Below are positions 23,355 through 33,790 of a stretch of DNA of 64,000 bases, in pieces. The stretch covers positions 12,338,001 through 12,402,000 of the forward strand of contig OY740790.1 in the NCBI GenBank assembly GCA_963514005.1, given 5' to 3'. A program made the position numbers and the translations under genes. Origin of the DNA: Raja brachyura. Lineage: Eukaryota. Position 1 is the first letter of the stretch; every line of letters starts with the position of its first letter. A model generated the notes under the pieces. That model ran no database searches. It was not told where the DNA came from and worked only from the letters and a program-made list of their open reading frames with translations.

Positions 23355-25285
23355 CCACAGAGGTGAGGCGGTCTGGTTCTCTTTTTTCTCTTTGTTTAAC
23401 CTCACATGTTGGTGGGCGTTTGCGGTTGTTTGCGGGTGCATGGGGTGATATTACCAGTGATGAGTATGTGTTACGGAATATTCAGGGCCATAGCATTGAG
23501 TTTATTAATGGGGACATCCCTCCGTCTCAGCATAGACCGGGTCGTATGTTTAAACTAACGGCTGCGGAACAGTCCGTAGGCTATAAGGAAATTTTAAGGT
23601 TGGAACAGAAAGGGGTCATAGAGAAAACGGTTCATGAGCCCGTTGAATTTGTTTCCAATATTTTTACCCGACCTAAGAAAGATGGAGGCTGTAGAGTCAT
23701 TATTGATCTGACCACTCTGAATAACTTTGTAACATATACTCATTTTAAAATGGACACGTTTGAAACGGCCAAATCATTGATCTCACAAGGGTGCTTTATG
23801 GCATGTATTGATTTACAGGATGCGTACTATACCGTACCCATGCAAAAATATTACAGAAGGTTCTTAAAATTTATCTGGATGGACCAGCTGTGGCAATATA
23901 GGGCGTTGCCTAATGGGCTCGCCACAGCCCCTCGATTATTTACTAAATTGGTGAAGCCAATTATGGCTTATTTAAGACAACGACATCATATCGTTATGGC
24001 CTATTTAGATGATATTTTAATTATCGGACACACCTTGGAATCAGCTCAACAAGGGGTTGCAGCTGCGGTCAATTTGTTCCAACAGCTTGGGTTCATTGTT
24101 CATCCAGAAAAATCTAAGTTCTGCCCCACCCAGGTAATTAATTATCTGGGGTTCCAGGTGAATTCCATTAGCATGAGAGTCACCATACCAATTAACAAAA
24201 TTGAGGAGGTAACACAGGTGTGTACAGATTTACTCAATACTCGTATACCATCGATTCGTCACACAGCTACTGTCATTGGCAAGATTGTGGCTTTGTTTCC
24301 GGCAGCCCGGTATGGACCTCTGCATTATCAAAACTTGCAGAGAGCCAAGATTGCTGCGCTGCGACGGCATGCTGGTCATTATGATCGATCAATGCAGCTG
24401 CCGCCTGCAGCATTGGATGAGTTACGATGGTGGGTTTGCCACATTAGTAACTCGTTTAACACTATTATTGAGGCGAAACCGATGATATACTTACAAACTG
24501 ATGCGAGCTCTGATGGCTGGGGAGCTACGAATCAACATTCTAGTTGTGGGGGCCGATGGGATACCCTTGAGAATACAATGTTGGTATCACAAGGGATCAA
24601 CTATTTGGAGCTGCTTGCAGCGTTTCACGGACTTCGTGCATATTGTTCCAAGATCTTTGGAGCACATGTCCGGCTCCAAATAGACAACACCACAGCGGTG
24701 GCGTATTTAAATCACATGGGCGGTACCAGGTCAGTTTCATGTGATAAATTGGCTAATTCAATTTGGCTCTGGTGTGTCAAGAGAGACATTTGGATTTCAG
24801 CCACCTATTTGCCAGGTGAGCTTAATTTTGTGGCGGACGCCAGGTCACGCAAGTTCAATGATAATATTGAATGGATGTTACATCCTGAAATTTTTGCAAA
24901 AATCACAGCCAAATTTGGGAAACCGGACATTGACCTTTTTGCGTCCCGGTTGAACCATCAGGTACCAACCTACGTCTCGTGGGAACCAGATCCTGGGGCT
25001 ATAGCGTTAGATGCATTCTCGCTAGACTGGGGGAATTGCTTTTTCTATGCATTCCCTCCGTTTTGCCTCATCAGTCGGGTATTACGAAAAATTCAGATGG
25101 ATGGTGCCAAGGGCATCCTTATCATACCCGACTGGCCTACACAGCCGTGGTATCCGATGGTCTTTGACACGCTCAGTGAACCTTGGGTCCGTTTGCAGGG
25201 TAGCCCAGAATTAGTTACTCACCCTGTTTCAGGGGAGCCACATCCCTGCCATGGCTATTTAAATTTGTTGGCTTGCAGATTCTGA
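23276..25285 (+). CDS. DIRS pol: RT + RNase H + Dam-methylase-like domain
   Basis: VGGRL, KKDGG.R.IIDL, DLQDAY, LPNGL, YLDD (RT). TDASSDGWG, INYLEL, DNTTAV, ADARSR (RNase H). DLFAS, DAF, YAFPPF, WPTQPW (MT-like). Uninterrupted, 669 aa. Confidence 0.95.
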   Translation: MENEDASTSNQPSTSTSTHSCQGPPVTTEVRRSGSLFSLCLTSHVGGRLRLFAGAWGDITSDEYVLRNIQGHSIEFINGDIPPSQHRPGRMFKLTAAEQSVGYKEILRLEQKGVIEKTVHEPVEFVSNIFTRPKKDGGCRVIIDLTTLNNFVTYTHFKMDTFETAKSLISQGCFMACIDLQDAYYTVPMQKYYRRFLKFIWMDQLWQYRALPNGLATAPRLFTKLVKPIMAYLRQRHHIVMAYLDDILIIGHTLESAQQGVAAAVNLFQQLGFIVHPEKSKFCPTQVINYLGFQVNSISMRVTIPINKIEEVTQVCTDLLNTRIPSIRHTATVIGKIVALFPAARYGPLHYQNLQRAKIAALRRHAGHYDRSMQLPPAALDELRWWVCHISNSFNTIIEAKPMIYLQTDASSDGWGATNQHSSCGGRWDTLENTMLVSQGINYLELLAAFHGLRAYCSKIFGAHVRLQIDNTTAVAYLNHMGGTRSVSCDKLANSIWLWCVKRDIWISATYLPGELNFVADARSRKFNDNIEWMLHPEIFAKITAKFGKPDIDLFASRLNHQVPTYVSWEPDPGAIALDAFSLDWGNCFFYAFPPFCLISRVLRKIQMDGAKGILIIPDWPTQPWYPMVFDTLSEPWVRLQGSPELVTHPVSGEPHPCHGYLNLLACRF

Positions 25286-26262
25286 ATCTGCCTTTAGTTG
25301 GATACGGCCTTTCTACCCGGACCATGGATACCATTGCAGCGTCGTGCCGAGAGTCTACAAGGCGAAGATACCGCTCTCACATCAGGAAGTGGGAAGCCTT
25401 CTGCAGCCGCTCTCGCATCACGTACGATGCCGTGACTATAACCGACGTCCTGGAATTCCTCGCGGGGTTGCACCATGATGAACACTTAAGCTACAGTGCC
25501 ATCAACAGCGCCAGGAGCGCTCTATCATTCTACCTCAATATTGAGGTGGGATCAAACAAGCTAGTGTCCAGGCTCATGCGGGGTATTTTCAATACGAATC
25601 CGCCTACACCACGCTACAATATCACCTGGGATGTCAGGGTAGTTTTAGCTCTGCTCAGGACGTGGTCCCCCATGGAAGGGCTCCAGCTGGACAAACTCAC
25701 CATGAAGCTGGTGATGTTACTAGCGCTGACTTCAGCACAGAGGGTACAGACACTCCATAAACTACGTGTCGACAGAATGATGTCTACCCCCACAGAAGTA
25801 GTTTTCTTTGTTGACGAGCTACTAAAGCAGCATAGACCTGGGTGCACAGGGCTGCAGCTGAAGTTCCCGGCATACCCCGCAGATGCTAGGCTATGTTTAG
25901 CCTCCCACATCCGTTACTACGTCAAGGTGACGGCAAGCATCAGAGGAAAGGAGAGATACCTGCTTGTCACTCATAAGAGACCTCACCATCGAGTGACAAC
26001 ACAGACGATATCCAGGTGGCTTCGAGTCGTCTTGGGTAAGTCAGGTATCGACACTAATGTGTTCAAATCTCATTCCACCAGGGCTGCATCGACGTCGGCG
26101 GCGAGGGTCATGGAGGTGCCCATGGACCATATTCTCGCCACAGCAGGATGGGCTAATGAAGCGGTGTTCCAGCGTTTCTACAACCGGCCCGTCGCTGCGC
26201 CTCTACAGTTCGCAGAAGCCGTACTAGATGCGGGGCAAGAACGTGGAGATGTCCCCGAATAA
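25273..26262 (+). CDS. DIRS tyrosine recombinase (first ATG at 25324)
   Basis: RSALS, AQRVQTL (catalytic R), HSTRAAS (H-x-x-R), AGW and FY (catalytic Y); uninterrupted. Confidence 0.94.
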   Translation: MQILNLPLVGYGLSTRTMDTIAASCRESTRRRYRSHIRKWEAFCSRSRITYDAVTITDVLEFLAGLHHDEHLSYSAINSARSALSFYLNIEVGSNKLVSRLMRGIFNTNPPTPRYNITWDVRVVLALLRTWSPMEGLQLDKLTMKLVMLLALTSAQRVQTLHKLRVDRMMSTPTEVVFFVDELLKQHRPGCTGLQLKFPAYPADARLCLASHIRYYVKVTASIRGKERYLLVTHKRPHHRVTTQTISRWLRVVLGKSGIDTNVFKSHSTRAASTSAARVMEVPMDHILATAGWANEAVFQRFYNRPVAAPLQFAEAVLDAGQERGDVPE

Positions 26263-26402
26263 GGGGTTTTTGATTTGTTGTTAATAAATATGATTTGTTT
26301 TGCAGTATGGACTAGTCAGCACGTTATTCCTCCCATCCATCCCTGGTAGTGGTGTGACAGCATGGACGTGGTCCAGGGCGTGTCATCGCAGAAGCTTTGA
26401 AG

Positions 26403-26515
26403 TCTTCACGAAGTCACTCACGTGACTCCGAAATGAAATAGTAAGATTGAACGAGAACTTACCAGTTCGAAGGTTGATCTTTATTTCATGAGGAGTCGAA
26501 GTGAGGGATTTCGTG
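26403..26515. repeat. DIRS internal complementary region (ICR)
   Basis: 26403-26439 is the exact reverse complement of the left terminus and 26437-26515 of the right terminus; they overlap at AAT. Confidence 0.95.
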
Positions 26516-26739
26516 CCCTCCTCGCCCAACCCTCAATCACCTTCATCTGGTAATCTTAGTCGTTTTCATTCTTACTATGTGAAGTCATTTCTTTGATTGG
26601 TTTCTGTGATTCCACGCCGCTACTTTGAAGTATGTCGAGCATGCGCGCCGGCGGGCTCTTCACGAAATCCCTCACTTCGACTCCTCATGAAATAAAGATC
26701 AACCTTCGAACTGGTAAGTTCTCGTTCAATCTTACTATT

Positions 26740-27180
26740 CTCCTGCCTTCTCTGCATAATCTTTTATGCCTTCCCTAATTAAGAACCTATCAACCTCTGC
26801 CTTAAAAATACCCAATGACTTGGCCTCCACAGCCATCTGTGGCAATTAATTCCACAGATTCACCTCCCTTTGGCTAAAGAAATTCCTCCTCAACTCCATT
26901 TTGAAGGTACATCCTTTTATTCTGAGGCTGTTCCCCAACTGCTTCTAGATTCTCCCATTACTGGAAACATCCTCTCCACATCCACTCTATCTGGGCCTTT
27001 CACTATCCAGTGGGTTTCCATGAGATCTCCCCTCATCCATCTAAACTTCAGCGTGTATAGGCCCAGAGTCTTCAAACGCTCCTTCTCTGTTAACCCAAAT
27101 ATCCATGGGATTGTTCTCCTCTGGACCCTCTCCAAAGTCAGCACATCCTTCCTCAGATATGAGGCTCAAAACTGTTCATT
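26740..27180 (-). mobile_element. CR1 3' fragment (host of the DIRS insertion; remainder at ~21340-21445)
   Basis: LERVQRR, MRGDL motifs on the minus strand; sequence is continuous across the DIRS element. Confidence 0.85.
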
Positions 27181-27559
27181 GGAAGATTTTGTGGAGCCAT
27201 TTTTAGTGGTCCCACACCAGTGCTTTGAGATGGCGGCTGTGGCTAGTCCACGTCTCCAAAGCAGATGGGAGGGCATAGAATCAGAGGTGCAAAGAATAAA
27301 CTTCCCGCTGGAGTGTTACTAATCCACAGGGCTGATGCAAAACTATCAACCTTCACAACTTCCACTCAAGAACCAATGTCACCCCAATATTTATAGGTGG
27401 GCTGCAGTATGTGTCTGCATATTCAGAGGTCAGGCTCGTCATTAGACAGTAGGCCAAAGGGCCTGTTTCTACTATTTCTCAATCTAAACTCACTCATCGC
27501 TGGCACCTGAGGTGGAGCACCAAGAGCTGCGGTGGAGAATTCAGCCTAGCATGAATGTG

Positions 27560-27930
27560 GCTGAGAATGAAGTTCGACACGGTGATCTATCTGCTTCTTT
27601 TTGTCAGTGATGATGGTGAGGTCTTCAGATTTCAGAGAAGCATTTTTGGACATGGTTGGACCTAATGCTCTGTTTATGCCATCGTGCACGGCACAAAGGT
27701 TTCCATAATTGCGCGCAGCTTGGATTTATTCGCCAAGTCACTCCAGTACCTGTGTGGCTGCTTTTGCAAGCTTAGGCCTCTTCACGTGCTGCGGGTTCGG
27801 CTGTAGAACATGTGCAAGGTGCGCAGAGCATTTAGCTTCAATGATGTGTGACATTTCATCTAAGTATGCCTCGAACCAGTCGGTGTCCTTACGTTTTTCT
27901 TTTCCGAAGAAGCGCTTGCAGAACGTGATT
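27560..27930 (-). mobile_element. RTE-clade LINE fragment
   Basis: Minus translation FGKEKRKDTDWFEA...IEAK...YW..LA..IQAA...GP...LKS.D...ITDK resembles the RTE EN-RT linker. Confidence 0.65.
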
Positions 27931-28121
27931 TAGAGTGCTGATTCTTTGAAACCAAAGGACAAAATAACAATTATGTCAACAGGGAGTTGAATGCTAAGTG
28001 GAACATATCAATAGCAACAGCAAAGTAGACATCCTGTTCTTTCGGAAATAATTTTGTTCTGTGAAGCAGCAGAATGCAGAGTTACTTTTCACAGTGAACA
28101 ATCATCTGTATTTCAGGAAAT

Positions 28122-28900
28122 GGCCTGTCCCACTGGGCCAGTCCCACTTAGGTGATTTTTTTAGGCGACTGCCAGTGACTAGGACAATGGAATTCACCAA
28201 AGTCAGCACCGGCGGCAACCTACATCACCTGGCGACAAACTACGTCACCTGGCGACAACCTATGACAACCTACAACAATCTATGACAGCCCTAATTGTCG
28301 GCACTCTCGCCAAAACATTTTCAACATGTTAAAAACTTTTCGGCAGTCGCCTGTAGTCACCTAAAAAATCGCGTAAGTGGGACAGGCCCTAGTCGATTTT
28401 TTAGGTGACTACAGGCCACACATGGTCGCCGGGGTGTCGCCTGTATGGTCATGAGTAGTCTCCTCGGTCACCCAAAGAGTTGTAGAGTTTTTCTGGTCAC
28501 TGCTGGATTTTGAAATGTTCAAAACATTTCGGCGACAGTCGGCGACAGTGGGCATGACGCCAATGAGCGTAGCTTGACTTCTCCTGACTAGGTGCTGTCG
28601 TAGGTTGTCGCCAGGATGACGTAGGTTGGCGCCGGTGCTGACTTCGGTGAATTCCATTGGTGACTACCTATGTCAACCTACGTCAACCGGCGACAGGTAC
28701 CGTCGATTGAAATGGCTTAAGTTGTCTTCAGTTGTCGCCGACAGGGTCGGAGCTTGTCGCGGGTGGATGTAGGTTGTCGTAGGTGTGGTCGTAGGTGGAC
28801 GTCCTAAAGGGTCGCCGGTTGTCGGTAGCTTGCAGTAGCTTGATGTTGACTAGGTGGTAGGTTGTTGTAGCTTGTTGTAGACATTGTCGTAGGGGAGTCC
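28122..28900. mobile_element. PIF/Harbinger-like MITE cluster, one copy nested in another
   Basis: TIR GGGCC(T/A)GTCCCACTTA...TAAGTGGGACAGGCCC at 28135-28390, inside a second copy starting at 28122; internal cgacaacctac-type repeats. Confidence 0.7.
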
Positions 28901-29334
28901 AGTTGGCAGTTTTTCTTTGAATAACATTTTGCAGGAATTCTTGAGGAGCAAGTAAAAACAAGAAATTAGATTAATCCATGTTTGGTTAGTTTGACACCAA
29001 ATCTGGCTCATGTCCATTAACATAATTGTACATTTGTACAAAAGCCAATTAAAATAATGAATTTTGCACATTCACATCCTGAGCAGTATATTAAACAGGA
29101 CATTCCCACTTTCCATTTTGGACAGGTTTATGGCTGTGTTCATAAATGAGAAAGTCAAAACAGCAAAATCTTTACTGTCACAATAAATTGCTAACTTTCC
29201 TAAATTCTGAAGAAAATTAATGAACTTGAGCTAAGAACTGTATTTCTCTCTCTATCAATGCTAATTTTGAACCAGGGACAGTGGCTTACTATGTAATGAG
29301 CACAGGATGCAGCAGAATTAGGTAAAGTAAAATA

Positions 29335-31480
29335 AAGAATTCCACAGATTGACAACACTCTGACCAAATACATTTCTCCTCATCTCCTTCCTAAAAGAAC
29401 GTCCCTTAATTCTGAGACTATGGCCTCTAGTCCTAGACTCTCCCACTAGTGGAAACATCCTCTCCACACCCACTCTATCCAAACCTTTCACTGTTCTGCA
29501 TGTTTCAATGAGATCTCCCCTCATCTAAAGTCCAACGAGTACAGGCCCGGTGCCATCAAATGCTCATCATATGTGGGAGTAGCGGCGTTGCCCTGGCAAC
29601 AGCGGCTCGCTGCAGTCCGTCTGTTTTTCTTTTCTTTTTGTTGTTTTCTTGTCTTGTTTTAGCGTTAATTTGAGTTATTATGTAGTGTATGTGTGGGGGA
29701 GGGGTGGGAGAAACGTTTTAGTCTCTTCCTTTTGGGGGGGAAGCGACTTTTCTTGTCGTATCCCCCGTCTCCGTCTGCGCTGAGGCCTAATGGCGGAGCT
29801 GACAGCCTCCAACTGCGACCGACCTCGAGGCTCCGGAGGCAGAGACAACCAGGACTTACCAGCGCGGGGCTGGCCGACTTCAGGGCTGCGGCGGGTTCAG
29901 GCATTCCAGCGTTACGGCAGCCCGACTCGGAGCTGTGGCGGCTTTCCGGTGGCGGTGGCGGCAGCAGCGGCTTCGGAGGTTTGGCCGCGTGCCCAGTGGA
30001 CGACATCGTCGGGAGCTCGCAGGTCACAGGTTGGTGACCTGTTTTTCCGGAGCTCCCGCGGCAACAGCTGTGTCGCTGGACTGGAGGGCGGCAGCTTCGA
30101 CCGCCCCGGCCCGCTCGTGGAGTTGAACCGGCCCGTTCGTGGAGTGCAGTTCACCCACGGGACTTATTTACATCACCCGGTGCGGTCACAACATCGGAGG
30201 CCTGGGTCGCCTCAGCGCAGAGGAAGAAGGAAGAACAAGAAGGGAAGAGACAAAGACAAGATTTTTGCGTTCCATCACAGTGAGGAGTTGTCTGGTGAAC
30301 TCACTGTGGTGGATGTTAAACCTGTGTTTATTGGGTGTTTTGATATTTACTATATGCATGACTGCAAGCAATGAAATTTCGTTCAGACCCCAAGGTCTGA
30401 ATGACAATAAAGTTTTCCATGATAGGTTAACCCATTCATTCCTGGGATCAATCTTGTAAGCCTCATCTGGACGCACTCTAGAACCAGCACATCCATCCTC
30501 ACATATGGTGCCCAAAATTGCTCACAATATTCCAAATGTGACCTTACCAGCGCCTTATAGAGCCTCAGCATTACATCCCTGTTTGTGTATACAAGCCCTC
30601 TTGAAATAAATGCTAGCTTCCTGCTCCATCACTCCCAAGTCCCTTTGCACCTTCGATTTCTGGATTCTCTCCCCATTTAGAAAATAGTCTATGCCTTCTT
30701 CAGATCTATCCCAACTTCTGTACTCAATACCATGACTGATGAAGGCCATTGTACTGAAAGCCTTCTTGAACACCCGATCTTCCTGTGGTGACACTTTCAG
30801 AGAACTATATCCCAGCATTCATAGAATCCTTTGCTCTACAATACTTCCTAGGGACCACCATTCACAGTGAAGGTCCTGCCCTGGTTTGACTTCCCCTAAT
30901 GAAACACTTATCTGCACTAAATTTAATTAACCTCTCCTTAGCCCACTTGCCTCACTAATAAAAATCCTGCTGTCACTTGTGATGACCATCTCGTTATCTA
31001 TTATACCACCCAGTTTAGTATCATATGCAAACTTACTAATCAGTTCTTGCACATCCACATCCACATATAAAATAGCTGCTGGGTGCTTGTTTACTCTCGT
31101 GGGAGAATATAGAACTGGAGGGAGAGAACAGACAGCATCCTATGTCAGGAACAAAACTGGGTCTCTGGCGCTGTGAGGCAGCAATTCTACCATCTGGGCC
31201 ACTGTACCACCCAAGCACTTACAAACTGTGCTTAATATTGCCTCTGCATGTTGCAGGTGATTGTTCCAATGTCCAGGGCTTTGAACTCTGGCCACGGTAC
31301 AGGTGGGAAACAAATAAATGTCTATGCATATCATCTTACTATTGTAGTAATGCTCTTTGTTTTTCTATGGTAGTTTGCTTTGCATAAATAGGCTTCTATG
31401 ATTCCTATATCTCTCGTTTCCCATTCCCGTGACTTTCAGTCTGAAGAAGGGTCTCGACCTGAAACGTTACCCATTCCTTC
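29335..31480 (+). repeat. Copy 2 of the VCAM1-upstream duplicated segment
   Basis: Colinear with 11849-13710, with copy-specific insertions and deletions. Confidence 0.85.
29574..30412 (+). mobile_element. GC-rich non-coding retroposon-like insertion, present only in copy 2
   Basis: Interrupts the CR1 piece; ends with the hairpin ttcagacc-ccaa-ggtctgaa then tgacaataaag, a LINE-like 3' end. Confidence 0.55.
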
Positions 31481-32639
31481 TCTCCAGCGATGCTGCCTGT
31501 CCCGCTGAGTTACTCCAGCATTTTGTGTCTATCTTCGAAAGTAAGCGGAGGCAGGATTAAGCAAAGAAAGCCAGCATGACCTCCGTTTGACGAACTTGAC
31601 TGAGTTTTTCAAAGGACTAATCACATTGGTTAATGCAGGTAAGTGTTTCACATGAAGCACCTCGCACAGAGTGTTGGAACATTAAGTAAAGTCTTGAGGA
31701 CTTTCACATTCCCTTGAAGAGTACAAGGCGTGATTAAGGATCATTTTAGTTCGCAGTAAGGTTACTCTCATTTTCAATGTGACTTTGGGATTTTCCCCAA
31801 CCCAAAACACTAATTGTTCAAAAAAAAGAAACTCAAGGGATAGCAAAGATATATTGGGAAATGCGATACGCTGAAATGTTTATTGTTTTTTCCAGCAATT
31901 CCCAGAATATTGGATGGGTGCCATATTTGAAAGAACATTGGTTTGTAATGCTTTTATCTCTGATCACAAAAAAATACTTAACAAAGGAAATTTGAAAAAT
32001 ATAAGTCAACAAAATTCAGACTTAAGGGAAACAGAGCACAAAGCAACTGCCTGGAATTACCCCACATAGATAAATGAGCACACAGTTGGATTTTCCCACG
32101 TAGATGAATCTTCCCATAACCTGTTTTCTTAAAGAGATCATTTGGGTATTTGTAGCTGCTATATTGTTCCTCATTGACTAATTGCTGCTAAAAACAAAGG
32201 AAATGGAGCATCATCAACCTGATCGATTCTAGCCCCCAAATTTTCAATTCCATGTCAGTGATTTGTTGAGGGGACTAGATTACATGTTTCTGGGTTGGTT
32301 GACAATACCAAATTAGGACATGACAGATGGAGTTTTATGTAGGATCAGTTGGATCACTCCTACTCCACATTCTACTGCAGCCAGAATAGATGTTGTTATG
32401 CTTGGCTTTGACTAGGCTTCACAACCCTTGGAATGGTTTGTTTTTCCATAACTATGGCGACTAATTTCCTTCAGATGGATCAAAGGCTCAAAGGTTTTTT
32501 TTCCATGCTGTATGACTTCATGCTGTCTTCTATGACAACAACATTTCCCTATTCGCTCCTCATTTGAATGACTCCTGTGCCAATGGATAGTTCACACATC
32601 TTCCCCGCAGTGCGCATCTTTGTCCAAACACAATACAAG

Positions 32640-33790
32640 AACCTCATATCTGTTAGCTGCTGGCGGTGGTTTGCATGCACATCCCAAACTCTATCTCCAC
32701 TACATTAATGACTGCATCGGGGCTACCTCCTACACCCATGCACAACTCACAGACTTCATTAACCATTTCTAATTTCCATCCTGCACTCAAATTCACTTGG
32801 ACCATCTCCGACATCTCCCTACCGTTTCTTGATATCATCTTCTCCATGACAGGAGATAGATTATCAACTGACATCTATTATAAACCTACTGACTCCACCA
32901 GCTATCTAGATTACACTTCTTCCCACCCTGCCTCCTGCAAAGACTCCATCCCCTACTCCCAATTCCTCCATCTACGCCGCATCTGCATCCAGGATGAGGT
33001 GTTCCATACCAGGGCATCGGAGATGTCCTCATTCTTTATGGCAGGGGTCGGCAACCTACGGCCCACGGGCCACATCCGGCCAGTAACCCGAAAGCATCCA
33101 GCCCGCAGGCGTATTTTTGTTTCTGTCATCTAGACTTCTTTAGGGGGGAAGAGAGGGGGAGAAGGGGGAGAGAGAGTGAATGGGGGAAGGGGAAGAGAGG
33201 GTAACAATAAGTCTGCATGAAATGTAGGACAGAGGGGTGAGGGTAGTTTCAATACCGGTATCTCAAACTACTTGCTATGTTCAGTAGACATAATATGGCT
33301 TAAATATATGAATATTTATATATGTGGCCCGCCATCCGCTCACAGACATGGATTCTGGCCCCTATGCAGAATAAAGTTGCCAACCCCTGATATAGATAGG
33401 CCATCCGATATATGGTCTAAGGTAGACACAAAATGCTGGAGTAACCTCAGCGAGTGAGTCAGCATCTCTGGAGAGAAGAATTGGGCGACGTCTCGAGCCA
33501 AAACATCGTCTATGGTCTATATATGTGTATATAGACGAAGCACAGGCTCAGGATTGTTTCGCTGAACACCTCCACTCAGTCCGCCTAAACCTCCCTGATC
33601 TCCCGGTTGCCAAACACTTTAACTACCCTTCCCATTCCCACACTGACCTTTCTGTCCTGGGCCTCCTCCACTGTTAGAGTGAGGTCCAGCACAAATTGGA
33701 GGAACAGCACTTGATATTTCGCTTGGTCAGCTTACTCCCCCCAGTAGTATGAACATTGACTTCTGTAACTTCAACTAACCCTTGCTTTCC
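32640..33790 (+). mobile_element. Penelope-like element fragments (RT C-terminus and GIY-YIG region)
   Basis: FHPALKFTW..S..LPFLD...TDIYYKPTD..YL.Y.SSHP...IPYSQF.LRRIC, and ETKHRL...AEHL...PVAKHFN. Confidence 0.88.
33042..33389. mobile_element. hAT/Charlie-like MITE
   Basis: TIR CAGGGGTCGGCAAC...GTTGCCAACCCCTG; no clear TSD. Confidence 0.78.

Larger units (their letters stand above)
21443..26739 (+). mobile_element. DIRS1-like tyrosine-recombinase retrotransposon, near intact
   Basis: Inverted terminal repeats with a 36-nt perfect match (21470-21505 vs 26631-26666), ICR, gag/pol/YR ORFs; inserted at ATT in a CR1 3' UTR (caaccccATT|ctcctgcc). Confidence 0.96.

Noticed and set aside
24880-25170. 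Horizontally acquired bacterial restriction-modification methylase
   Set aside because: It is the Dam-like domain normally found at the C-terminus of DIRS pol.
29665-30515. GC-rich ORFs as a host gene
   Set aside because: They lie within an insertion specific to one duplicate copy, with no recognisable domain or splice pattern.
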